This document shows, piece after piece, positions 47,012 to 54,914 of a DNA stretch of 56,547 bases. The notes beneath the pieces were generated by a model. That model was not told the DNA's origin and did not search any database. It saw nothing but the letters and a program-made list of their open reading frames with translations. Source of the DNA: an uncultured virus (IMG/VR IMGVR_UViG_3300037067_004615) (taxonomy: Duplodnaviria; Heunggongvirae; Uroviricota; Caudoviricetes); IMG/VR virus record IMGVR_UViG_3300037067_004615. One strand, given 5' to 3'. Made by a program: the position numbers and the translations under genes. Each line of letters starts with the position of its first letter. Position 1 is the stretch's first letter.

Positions 47012-49231
47012 TTATCCGCACTTAGTATGTCCACATGAATGACATATGTAACAACCTTCTTGGTATACCAGTAAGTTTGAACAATCGGGACATTGACCAG
47101 CGATATTTTTTGATTGTACTATTGGTTGTGCTATCGGTTTTTTCTCTATAGGATTTTCAGAAAACTTTGATAATACACTTGCAATCGCATCTGCACAAGA
47201 TAATATAGAAGTCCCTTCTTCCCATGATATAGACGGGCAGCGGATACCCTTTAGTTGTTTTACGATTGCATCAACACTTACCCCTGACCTTAACGATAAC
47301 GATATCATCCTACAAGTAGCTTCTGCTTGTGCGACTGCACATCCACCGGCTTTGCCTAAGTGCGAAAATACTTCACAAGTCCCTTGTTCATCTGAATTTA
47401 CAGTAACATAAATGTTCCCACATCCTGTAGTGACTTTTTCTGTAATCCCACGAGTTAGTTTAGCTCGTGATCGAGGCATTTTATTTAACAGTTTGGTTTT
47501 TAAATCTTTTTGCGTAGTGCCTATTTGTAGCACTTGATTTTCTCTGCTATCGTTGCGATAAACCGTTATACCTTTTAAACCTTCTTCAAATGCCATCATA
47601 TAAACCTTTGCAACATCTTCTTTTGTTGCACTATTGGGAAAGTTGACAGTCTTGGATACTGCGTTGTCGGTATGTTTCTGAAAAGTCGATTGCATCTTTA
47701 CGTGGTATTCGGGCGATATGTCATGGGCGGTGACAAAGACTTTCTTTATATCATCTGGTACATCTTTAATGTCGTGCAATGGTGTTCCATTAGCGATTTT
47801 ATCCATTAATTCCTTTGAATAAAATCCTCGCTGTCTTGAAACTTCTTCAAAATATTTGTTGACTTCGGTTAAGTGCGACCCTTCTAGTACGTTCTTGGTA
47901 TAACTTAATGCGAATAATGGTTCTATACCGCCGGAACATTCTGCAATAATACTTAATGTCCCTGTTGGGGCTATAGTTGTTCGGGTGGCATTACGGACAT
48001 CTACATCTTTATTGTAACCACCCCTAATTTCTGCTAGTTTACGAGATTGGTTTAAAGCCTCACTATTAATATGGCGCATGATTTCTTCTGCGCATTCTAA
48101 CCCTTCATCTGAATTGTAGGGGATACCAAGTTGTATAAGTAAATCTGCAAACCCCATAACGCCTAGTCCGACCTTTCTAGTTCTTAAAGTTGTTTCTTTA
48201 ATCTGTGGTAATGGGAATACGTTTTCGTCAATTACATTGTCTAAGAAATGAACCGCTAAATTAGTAGTAGCTGAAAGTTTGTCCCAATCTATAAAGTATT
48301 TATCGTTTTCTTTTTTTACCATTTTTGATAAGTTTATAGACCCAAGATTACATGACTCATAAGGGAGTAACGGTTGTTCTCCACATGGGTTAGTGGTTTC
48401 AATATCTCCAAGTTCGGGGGTCGGATTATGTTCGTTGATCTGGTCAATAAATATTATACCAGGTTCACCTGTTTCCCATGCGTTTGAGACTATTTTATTA
48501 AATACTTCTGTCGCATTTAATTTCCCACAAACTTGACCATCGTGAGGATTAATTAATGGGTAGTCTGAATTTGTTTTAACAGCGTTCATAAAATCATTGG
48601 TAATTGCCACTGATAAGTTAAAATTATTAAATGCTGACTTATCTTTTTTTGCATCTATAAATTCCATAATGTCAGGGTGGTCAACTCGTAACATACCTAA
48701 GTTTGCCCCTCGTCTTTTCCCGCCTTGTTTGATAACATCGGTAGCTACATCAAAGGCTTTCATAAATGATACAGGCCCACTTGCCACCCCACCAGTTGAA
48801 CCTACCCTATCTTGATTGGGGCGCAATCTTGAAAAGGAAAACCCAGTTCCGCCACCACTTTTCTGGATTATAGCAGTGTATTTGACAGCATCGAATATTT
48901 CTTCAATAGAGTCACCGACTGGTAATACAAAACATGCCGATAATTGGCCTATCCCGCTTCCAGCGTTCATTAATGTGGGTGAATTGGGTAAAAATTCCAA
49001 GTTCGCCATCATATTATAGAATAAGTTTTCAAGAGTAGCGATATCACAATTCGGGTCGTATTTTAAATCGGCCTTTGCGATAGATTTTGCCACACGTAAA
49101 AATAATTCACTAGGTGTTTCAACTACTTTACCTTCACTATTTTTAAGAAGGTACCTTTTATTTAATACTTGTAATGCATTAACTGATAATTGTGGTTTAA
49201 TCAGGTTTTGTTCGTTGGTTTTTTTAGTCAC
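47012..49231 (-). CDS. nrdJ: class II (adenosylcobalamin-dependent) ribonucleotide reductase with TSCPD domain and Zn ribbon
   Basis: [56 protein letters not shown]...CHSCG. Confidence 0.93.
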   Translation of the reverse strand: MTKKTNEQNLIKPQLSVNALQVLNKRYLLKNSEGKVVETPSELFLRVAKSIAKADLKYDPNCDIATLENLFYNMMANLEFLPNSPTLMNAGSGIGQLSACFVLPVGDSIEEIFDAVKYTAIIQKSGGGTGFSFSRLRPNQDRVGSTGGVASGPVSFMKAFDVATDVIKQGGKRRGANLGMLRVDHPDIMEFIDAKKDKSAFNNFNLSVAITNDFMNAVKTNSDYPLINPHDGQVCGKLNATEVFNKIVSNAWETGEPGIIFIDQINEHNPTPELGDIETTNPCGEQPLLPYESCNLGSINLSKMVKKENDKYFIDWDKLSATTNLAVHFLDNVIDENVFPLPQIKETTLRTRKVGLGVMGFADLLIQLGIPYNSDEGLECAEEIMRHINSEALNQSRKLAEIRGGYNKDVDVRNATRTTIAPTGTLSIIAECSGGIEPLFALSYTKNVLEGSHLTEVNKYFEEVSRQRGFYSKELMDKIANGTPLHDIKDVPDDIKKVFVTAHDISPEYHVKMQSTFQKHTDNAVSKTVNFPNSATKEDVAKVYMMAFEEGLKGITVYRNDSRENQVLQIGTTQKDLKTKLLNKMPRSRAKLTRGITEKVTTGCGNIYVTVNSDEQGTCEVFSHLGKAGGCAVAQAEATCRMISLSLRSGVSVDAIVKQLKGIRCPSISWEEGTSILSCADAIASVLSKFSENPIEKKPIAQPIVQSKNIAGQCPDCSNLLVYQEGCYICHSCGHTKCG

Positions 49232-49587
49232 TAAATATTCTCCTTTTTAGTTTGCACAATTTGAAGTAACATTCGTTGGATAGCTTCTACAAGTGTAGGA
49301 TAGGTAACTTGTGAACAATGTACTTGACCATCTTTATCTACTACTCGATCTATTAAATAGTTGCCGTTCTTTACAATAGTGTAAGACTTGTAATCATCTA
49401 GCAATCCGAATAAAGAGGTTAAATCTTCAGTCCAAAATTCTGAGTGGTGGAAAGTATCATATGGATAAAGAGTGTCAGGATTTTCAGTTTGCTTACGTGT
49501 ATATAATTCACATATGGGGTCATTACAATCGCATTTCTTATAACTATGTCCGTTTAATATTTCAATCCACTCGTTGTCTGTTAGCAT
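49231..49587 (-). CDS. hypothetical protein
   Basis: Start overlaps a junction repeat. Confidence 0.65.
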   Translation of the reverse strand: MLTDNEWIEILNGHSYKKCDCNDPICELYTRKQTENPDTLYPYDTFHHSEFWTEDLTSLFGLLDDYKSYTIVKNGNYLIDRVVDKDGQVHCSQVTYPTLVEAIQRMLLQIVQTKKENI

Positions 49588-49706
49588 TACTTACCATCCT
49601 TATTATGGTTTCTATCCTTTCTATCATAGTGTAGTTTAACAATAACTACAGGAATTAGAATAGCAATCGCAATCCCACAAGATAAAAGTGCCATCGTAGT
49701 AGTCAT
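49587..49706 (-). CDS. 39-aa single-TM peptide ending KDGK (not in ORF track)
   Basis: MTTTMALLSCGIAIAILIPVVIVKLHYDRKDRNHNKDGK; bounded by two junction repeats. Confidence 0.65.
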   Translation of the reverse strand: MTTTMALLSCGIAIAILIPVVIVKLHYDRKDRNHNKDGK

Positions 49707-49708
49707 CT

Positions 49709-49990
49709 TTACTTACCATCCTTAAACTCTATTAGTCCGTTTTTTGTAAGTCTTAAAATACTATCGTTTATAATAAAAGATTCTAATCTTGTTACACGAA
49801 TCAATTCTTCTTTATCTGACGTACCTTTATATATTTCTCTTAAAATAATACCGTCAAAGAAAGAGTCAAACTTGTGGTATAATTTAATTTTTAGTCTATT
49901 AGGTATAAACCATTTTAAACACCATCCGATACTTTCCCCGATTAAACCTAGTATCTTAATAAACATAGATTGTATAAATTTTAGGCTCAT
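49709..49990 (-). CDS. hypothetical protein ending KDGK, possible wHTH C-terminal half
   Basis: Bounded by junction repeats. Confidence 0.6.
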   Translation of the reverse strand: MSLKFIQSMFIKILGLIGESIGWCLKWFIPNRLKIKLYHKFDSFFDGIILREIYKGTSDKEELIRVTRLESFIINDSILRLTKNGLIEFKDGK

Positions 49991-50202
49991 TACTTACCAT
50001 CCTTAGTTTTAGCATACTCGTTATCAAGTACTTTACACATTTCGGGTGTTAGTAGTATGTTGCCGCAACTATCACATCTATAATAAGGCACTCCTGTTAT
50101 TTTTACGATTCTAAAACCGCATAAGAATTTATACTCATCAGTTCTTAAAGTATGCCAATTACCGCACTCTTTGCATCTTATTCGGTAGGGGTTTTCTGAC
50201 AT
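49990..50202 (-). CDS. YgiT/MqsA-type zinc-finger protein ending KDGK
   Basis: CKECG...ITGVPYYRCDSCGNILLTPE. Confidence 0.7.
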   Translation of the reverse strand: MSENPYRIRCKECGNWHTLRTDEYKFLCGFRIVKITGVPYYRCDSCGNILLTPEMCKVLDNEYAKTKDGK

Positions 50203-50459
50203 TATTTCCCGTCCTTGTACTGTTTAAGTCTATTGCTCAAATCCCCTTTAGGACGTTTAACCTGATAACCAGTCCGTTCATCGATTAGTGCATCAAGTCC
50301 TACTTTTGCATGAGCGATTAAATCTTCCATTGACATATTATCTGCTAATTCCGTTGCGCAATCCACACATATTGAAGTGAAATCTTTAGGGGTATTTTCT
50401 TGCATTATTTTCCCACATTTTATACAAGTCACTTTAAACATTTTTAGTATTGTCCTCAT
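50202..50459 (-). CDS. zinc-finger hypothetical protein ending KDGK
   Basis: CIKC...CVDC; ALIDERTGYQ. Confidence 0.6.
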   Translation of the reverse strand: MRTILKMFKVTCIKCGKIMQENTPKDFTSICVDCATELADNMSMEDLIAHAKVGLDALIDERTGYQVKRPKGDLSNRLKQYKDGK

Positions 50460-50763
50460 CTTTATCTATAGTTGCTTTAATTTGGTTCGACACTTCTGGA
50501 AGTCCTACTTTATTAAGCAATTCAACCAAATCTTCAAGTTGTATTTGTTCGCCCTTTAATTGTTTAAAAATCTGATAGTTCAACATCATCATCATTCCAA
50601 CTTCAAATGAATGTTTCGCTTGTGATTTAAATAATTCAGTTAAGGGCAAATGTAAGTCAAAGTCTAATTTACCATCGTCTGTATTTTTTAAAACATGTTT
50701 CCACGTTATGTTCTTACTTTTTAATAGTGTACTTTCCCACGTTACTGTTCCATTCAGTTCCAT
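50434..50763 (-). CDS. hypothetical protein
   Basis: Start overlaps a junction repeat. Confidence 0.6.
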   Translation of the reverse strand: MELNGTVTWESTLLKSKNITWKHVLKNTDDGKLDFDLHLPLTELFKSQAKHSFEVGMMMMLNYQIFKQLKGEQIQLEDLVELLNKVGLPEVSNQIKATIDKDEDNTKNV

Positions 50764-50918
50764 TATTTACCATCCTTATTTAACCATTCATTGAGTTCCA
50801 CTTCAAATTGGTTTCTATCTCTATTATAAAGTTCCATCATGTAGATGGCAAATTTGTTACCCTCTATTGCACAAGTAGCAAACGACATAACCCATATCCG
50901 TGTTCTATCACTGACCAT
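50763..50918 (-). CDS. 51-aa hypothetical protein ending KDGK (not in ORF track)
   Basis: MVSDRTRIWVMSFATCAIEGNKF...EWLNKDGK. Confidence 0.55.
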   Translation of the reverse strand: MVSDRTRIWVMSFATCAIEGNKFAIYMMELYNRDRNQFEVELNEWLNKDGK

Positions 50919-51264
50919 CTTTTAATTTCACTTTTAGTGGTGGAATTTCAAACCAATAGTGTCCACCTCTTTGACTTTTGTGCCAATACATCATCCAGAA
51001 TATAAGGTTCTTTTCTAATGCACAGATTATTTCTTCATTACCTGACCAACCACCTGTTGACATATAGATTGTACGAATTTTTCTATCTTTAAATAGTCTG
51101 TCTTTGTGGAGTTTACCGACACGAAATCGATCTTCATAATTCCATAGTTCCTTAACGTAGTCGATCAATTCGTAAAGTTTTTTGTAAGTCCCTTTATCAC
51201 ACTCGATTAAGTCCCACTTTTCGATTGTATTTAATTCTTCTTCAGTTGGATAAACATCACGCAC
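50908..51264 (-). CDS. phage-type hypothetical protein ending KDGQ
   Basis: YPTEEEL...STGGWSGNEEII...RGGHYWF; GTG 51264 follows GGGGAG. Confidence 0.65.
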   Translation of the reverse strand: MRDVYPTEEELNTIEKWDLIECDKGTYKKLYELIDYVKELWNYEDRFRVGKLHKDRLFKDRKIRTIYMSTGGWSGNEEIICALEKNLIFWMMYWHKSQRGGHYWFEIPPLKVKLKDGQ

Positions 51265-51265
51265 T

Positions 51266-51538
51266 TTATTTAACTCCCCATTCTTTAAGTTTAGATTCCC
51301 AATCATTTTTATTAAAACAAATTTGGGTTATATATTCTTGACAACTCGAATCAGAGTTATTAATCCAATCGACTACTTCTTTAATACCTGCTTTAAACGA
51401 TTGTTCGGTCTGTTTATTTAATAATGATATCACCCAATGTGGCACATCATCTCGAAAATTATTGGTCATAATTCCATCACCAACATTGGCAAACTTTACT
51501 CTATCCTGCGGATTTAAAATTGTATCCTTTGCGTCCAT
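51266..51538 (-). CDS. hypothetical protein
   Basis: SFKAGIKEVVDWI; abuts neighbours. Confidence 0.6.
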   Translation of the reverse strand: MDAKDTILNPQDRVKFANVGDGIMTNNFRDDVPHWVISLLNKQTEQSFKAGIKEVVDWINNSDSSCQEYITQICFNKNDWESKLKEWGVK

Positions 51539-51787
51539 TTATTTAATCGTATCTTCGTTTAATATTTTAGCATTACTATTAGGTTGATCTGCGAAACCAT
51601 CTAATTGTGACAATGATGCACCATTAAAAATCTTCTGGTATACGATATGATCAGCAACTTCTTGTGGTGACATTCGATAACCCATTACTTCATAAAAGTC
51701 GTCGCTTGCACCAGCTTTAATAACTTCATCGTCTAATTCAATAGTTGCCATTGTGTGAAGTTCAACTTCAAAGATTTGTTTACCCAT
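51539..51787 (-). CDS. acidic hypothetical protein
   Basis: Preceded by a junction repeat. Confidence 0.6.
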   Translation of the reverse strand: MGKQIFEVELHTMATIELDDEVIKAGASDDFYEVMGYRMSPQEVADHIVYQKIFNGASLSQLDGFADQPNSNAKILNEDTIK

Positions 51788-51789
51788 TT

Positions 51790-51972
51790 TTATTTACCAT
51801 CCTTTTGAGGTCTCCAATTATCGAATTCTTCTGCCGGTCTACCATTAATATAGTTAGTCCTTATTGGCCCAGTTTGTTTTAGCGGTTTTATCGGATATGG
51901 TTTAGATGTACGTACCATCGCCTTTATAGACTTTGTTAATTGCCTCAATTGTTTTCTGTCTATGGTATTCAT
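51790..51972 (-). CDS. basic hypothetical protein ending KDGK
   Basis: Bounded by junction repeats. Confidence 0.6.
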   Translation of the reverse strand: MNTIDRKQLRQLTKSIKAMVRTSKPYPIKPLKQTGPIRTNYINGRPAEEFDNWRPQKDGK

Positions 51973-52066
51973 TATTTACCATCCTTTTAACTTAATTTCC
52001 AACTAGCCCACATATAACCCAATGTAATCAATATACTTACAACCACCATTATTAAAAGTACCATTA

Positions 52067-52507
52067 TTATTTACCATCCTCTTGAAGTTTATTACCACAT
52101 TCAGGACAATATACCCATTGTTTAGGTACGCTTGTTACATATCCACATTTTTTGCACGTTTTAAAGACATTATTTTTATTTTTAGAATCGAGGATATCTT
52201 TAATACGAGTTTCCCATTCATTAACAGATCGTAAGTTATAAGGTTGGTTAAGAAATTTAGACAATTCTTTCGTACATGCTAAAGATGTAAATATGCTAGG
52301 CCCACCACCTTCTTGTATCGCTCTGTGGTTTGCCCAATGTGGTTCTTCTTTCCATTCATCAGAGGTATCTTTAGCAGTTAATCTTTTAGGCGATAGATCG
52401 TATTCAGGGAATGATGGATAGACTATCATGTGAACTGTCCCATCACCTTGCGAGTGACTGATTATATAATACGGCCCACATCCCTTAACAAACTTATTTG
52501 CCTTCAT
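52067..52507 (-). CDS. hypothetical protein with C-terminal Zn ribbon, ending EDGK
   Basis: CKKCG...YCPECG; bounded by junction repeats. Confidence 0.65.
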   Translation of the reverse strand: MKANKFVKGCGPYYIISHSQGDGTVHMIVYPSFPEYDLSPKRLTAKDTSDEWKEEPHWANHRAIQEGGGPSIFTSLACTKELSKFLNQPYNLRSVNEWETRIKDILDSKNKNNVFKTCKKCGYVTSVPKQWVYCPECGNKLQEDGK

Positions 52508-52553
52508 GGTTTATTTACCATCCTTATCAACCGTATGTTGTTTTTCGTTCTGG

Positions 52554-52787
52554 TTATTTAAGTTTCCCCCAATCAGTCCATGTAATTATCAATAGTGTGC
52601 TAATCAAACTCATAAGCGACATAAAACCTTTTGATATAGGATGATATATTGCTATAGTAATCCAATGCGGGTAAAATTCATTAGGTGGTTTATATTGCCA
52701 GATAAGTACATTCATACCGATGGTAAATAAAATGACGACAATACTCACCCATTTGTTTAATTTGTTAGGTTCAACAATAGTGGTCAT
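52554..52787 (-). CDS. two-TM membrane protein
   Basis: Start overlaps a junction repeat; two hydrophobic helices. Confidence 0.6.
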   Translation of the reverse strand: MTTIVEPNKLNKWVSIVVILFTIGMNVLIWQYKPPNEFYPHWITIAIYHPISKGFMSLMSLISTLLIITWTDWGKLK

Positions 52788-52922
52788 TATTTGCCATCCT
52801 TTAAAATTAAAGTCTATGTATTAGAGGTATAATGACGTATTTTATCAAAGTAACAATATCGTATACAATGAATATCCCGATAATAGTATAGAACTCTAAT
52901 TTAAGTATATAGTTGATCAATC

Positions 52923-53105
52923 TCATTTTATATCCTTACATTCTCCACAAATATAACCACCATCAATTCCTTCTTTATAAACCCAACCTTTAGGTGATGG
53001 TACATCTGAAATCATTTCACACTTTGAACATTGAGGTCTAAAAGAAGCTATCCGACCGTTCACTTGAATGATTGGAGTTTTTGGTAAATCAATATTACGT
53101 TTCAT
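52923..53105 (-). CDS. small zinc-finger protein
   Basis: CSKC...ICGEC. Confidence 0.55.
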   Translation of the reverse strand: MKRNIDLPKTPIIQVNGRIASFRPQCSKCEMISDVPSPKGWVYKEGIDGGYICGECKDIK

Positions 53106-53124
53106 TCAGTGCCCCTTATTATTG

Positions 53125-53331
53125 TTAATCAAACGCAGGATGTTTCCTATCTAAGCATCTTTTACAAAGTTCAGGGTGAGGTACCCCTGCGATTACCATT
53201 GCACCACAATCAGGACAGTGGTACATGCCTAATGGTTGCCCATTCAAATTCTCTGGATGTTCATTACAATTAGCAGTAAATAGTTCATCAACTTCATCAT
53301 AACATCTACCACACATTTTCATATCTTCCAT
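53125..53331 (-). CDS. Cys-rich zinc-finger protein
   Basis: CGRC, HCPDCG, CKRC. Confidence 0.65.
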   Translation of the reverse strand: MEDMKMCGRCYDEVDELFTANCNEHPENLNGQPLGMYHCPDCGAMVIAGVPHPELCKRCLDRKHPAFD

Positions 53332-53498
53332 TCGATATCCTTCAATTTTTGCAAATTATTTTCAGCGAGAGGACTAGGTTTAAATATTCCCAATTCCCAT
53401 CTACTAACAGTCGCTATTCCTACACCTAGTTTAGTAGCAAACGCCTGTTGCGACATCTTTAACCTCAGTCTTAGTTCTTTGATTTCTTCTTTATTCAT
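53319..53498 (-). CDS. XRE/Cro-family HTH regulator, near-leaderless
   Basis: IKELRLRLKMSQQAFATKLGVGIATVSRWELG; track start 53519 lies within the promoter. Confidence 0.88.
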   Translation of the reverse strand: MNKEEIKELRLRLKMSQQAFATKLGVGIATVSRWELGIFKPSPLAENNLQKLKDIEWKI

Positions 53499-53507
53499 TC
53501 TATCCTC

Positions 53508-53536
53508 ATTATACCACACGATTAATCGTTAGTCAA
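53508..53536 (-). promoter_or_regulatory. sigma70 promoter with a 12-bp palindromic operator in the spacer
   Basis: TTGACT-17-TATAAT with TG; ACGATTAATCGT at 53518-53529. Confidence 0.85.
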
Positions 53537-53543
53537 CTAGGAT

Positions 53544-53768
53544 TTATTTCTTATCACTTTCTACGATTGTTATTCGTGCTTTTAAGTCTGCCTTAGATAA
53601 TGCGTTTAAATACACTAAACATCCCTGTGCTATAAGACCACTAATCGCTGTGAGTTCAGAAAAGTCGCGCATAATTTTCTGGCTTAAATCGTAGGCTTTT
53701 AATAATCGTGCCATTTTTAAAGTTTCATCTTCTTGGGGTATGTTCGTAGCTTTATTATCTTCAACCAT
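53544..53768 (-). CDS. hypothetical protein
   Basis: ATG 53768 follows GGGTGAGG and the upstream stop. Confidence 0.55.
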   Translation of the reverse strand: MVEDNKATNIPQEDETLKMARLLKAYDLSQKIMRDFSELTAISGLIAQGCLVYLNALSKADLKARITIVESDKK

Positions 53769-53769
53769 T

Positions 53770-53907
53770 TTATTTATCCTCACCCTCAATTAAATTAGCG
53801 ATTAATTCAACTACTTCATGTTCATTATCCAATTGAATAAAAGCACCATCATACTGAGCTTGATTCAATCCTTCAACTATAGCTTCAATAAGTTCTGTCC
53901 TATTCAT
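53770..53907 (-). CDS. 45-aa acidic protein (not in ORF track)
   Basis: GAGGT SD; MNRTELIEAIVEGLNQAQYDGAFIQLDNEHEVVELIANLIEGEDK; first gene after a promoter. Confidence 0.6.
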   Translation of the reverse strand: MNRTELIEAIVEGLNQAQYDGAFIQLDNEHEVVELIANLIEGEDK

Positions 53908-53938
53908 TTCAATCAACCTCTTTACTTACTCTATTTAT

Positions 53939-53968
53939 ATTATACCATACGATTAATCACGTAGTCAA
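53939..53968 (-). promoter_or_regulatory. sigma70 promoter with a second copy of the operator
   Basis: TTGACT-18-TATAAT with TG; spacer contains TGATTAATCGT. Confidence 0.8.
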
Positions 53969-53976
53969 CAAATATT

Positions 53977-54381
53977 TTATAAATCAACGCATGGTTTGTA
54001 GATTACTTTACCAGAATCTTTTAAAACTTCTAACATTTTAGGGACTGCATATTCGTTTAAGGTATGCACGATACAAAGGTCAAATTTAATTTTGTGTTCT
54101 CTAATAAATTTTGCTACTTGATATCCAGTGTTCGGATTTTCCGGTTTAACATAGACTTGTCCGTCTAAATCATGGTCGAGCATTATCACGTTAAATTCTT
54201 TAAGCCGTTCAAGTTCGTCCATAGCGTCTTTAGCAGTTGTGACCACTATTAACTTATTCATATAAGGGAAAGTGATCGAAAATAATTGTTCGATCAAGTA
54301 ACTATAACGTGCTGGATTATCTTCAAGTATTAAACAAGGTTTGCCACTACTACGTTCTAATTTAAAATCATTTTCGTTCAA
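53977..54381 (-). CDS. cyclic-phosphate-processing receiver (CheY-like) domain protein
   Basis: LILEDNPAR...MLDHDL...TGYQVAKFI...IVHTLN. Confidence 0.75.
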   Translation of the reverse strand: MNENDFKLERSSGKPCLILEDNPARYSYLIEQLFSITFPYMNKLIVVTTAKDAMDELERLKEFNVIMLDHDLDGQVYVKPENPNTGYQVAKFIREHKIKFDLCIVHTLNEYAVPKMLEVLKDSGKVIYKPCVDL

Positions 54382-54421
54382 TTTCTAGTCCTACCTATAG
54401 TACCGTATTTATTGCAGTATC

Positions 54422-54739
54422 TTATTGTTTAAAAATGTCATACCATCTACCGTGACCATGCCACCAATCGATTGCACGTTCTTTAGTTTTTGGATTGGGT
54501 TTGTCAACCTTATCATGAATAACGACTAGTGCTATGAGTACGACACCGATTATCATGTAAGTCTCCCTGAAAAATGCGTAAATTAAAATTGCAAGAATAA
54601 GTGCTACTAAAATTAATCCGACCACATAACCCCAAAATATTTTAAGACGTTTTGGGTCAGGGTCATATGGACAATCAAAGTAGTTTAGAATTTTTTCTTC
54701 GATGGTATCCCAAATCGTGTGAAACATTTTATTTTTCAT
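54422..54739 (-). CDS. two-TM membrane protein (true start may be 54727)
   Basis: Two hydrophobic helices. Confidence 0.6.
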   Translation of the reverse strand: MKNKMFHTIWDTIEEKILNYFDCPYDPDPKRLKIFWGYVVGLILVALILAILIYAFFRETYMIIGVVLIALVVIHDKVDKPNPKTKERAIDWWHGHGRWYDIFKQ

Positions 54740-54905
54740 CCTTATGATCGATTACTCTTGACCATTTTCCGAACTTCCAGTGTCGGACTTCCGAATGACC
54801 GTTAATAAACCGAAACTCGTCTTTGATTAATACGAAAGTTAAAACTAATCCTACTAATACTGCACCGAAAACTATAAGTGCTAGTGCTAAATGGGTTGTG
54901 TTCAT
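54729..54905 (-). CDS. 58-aa single-TM protein ending KDEK (not in ORF track)
   Basis: MNTTHLALALIVFGAVLVGLVLTFVLIK...DHKDEK; AAGGT SD. Confidence 0.55.
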   Translation of the reverse strand: MNTTHLALALIVFGAVLVGLVLTFVLIKDEFRFINGHSEVRHWKFGKWSRVIDHKDEK

Positions 54906-54914
54906 ATGTGTACC

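Larger units (their letters stand above)
49585..52801 (-). repeat. about 11 dispersed copies of the junction motif AAGGATGGTAA(A/G)TAA(TG)
   Basis: Copies at 49585-601, 49709-723, 49988-50004, 50200-216, 50761-777, 50908-922 (degenerate), 51790-804, 51970-986, 52067-081, 52511-525, 52785-801. Confidence 0.9.

Noticed and set aside
49585..52801. CRISPR array or classical integron
   Set aside because: Repeat is 15-17 nt with gene-sized irregular spacing, no attC-like palindrome, and no cas or integrase gene recognised
53499..53519. ORF-track N-terminus MWYNEDR (also MMYNYN at 39503)
   Set aside because: These are translations of the -10 promoter boxes, not coding sequence
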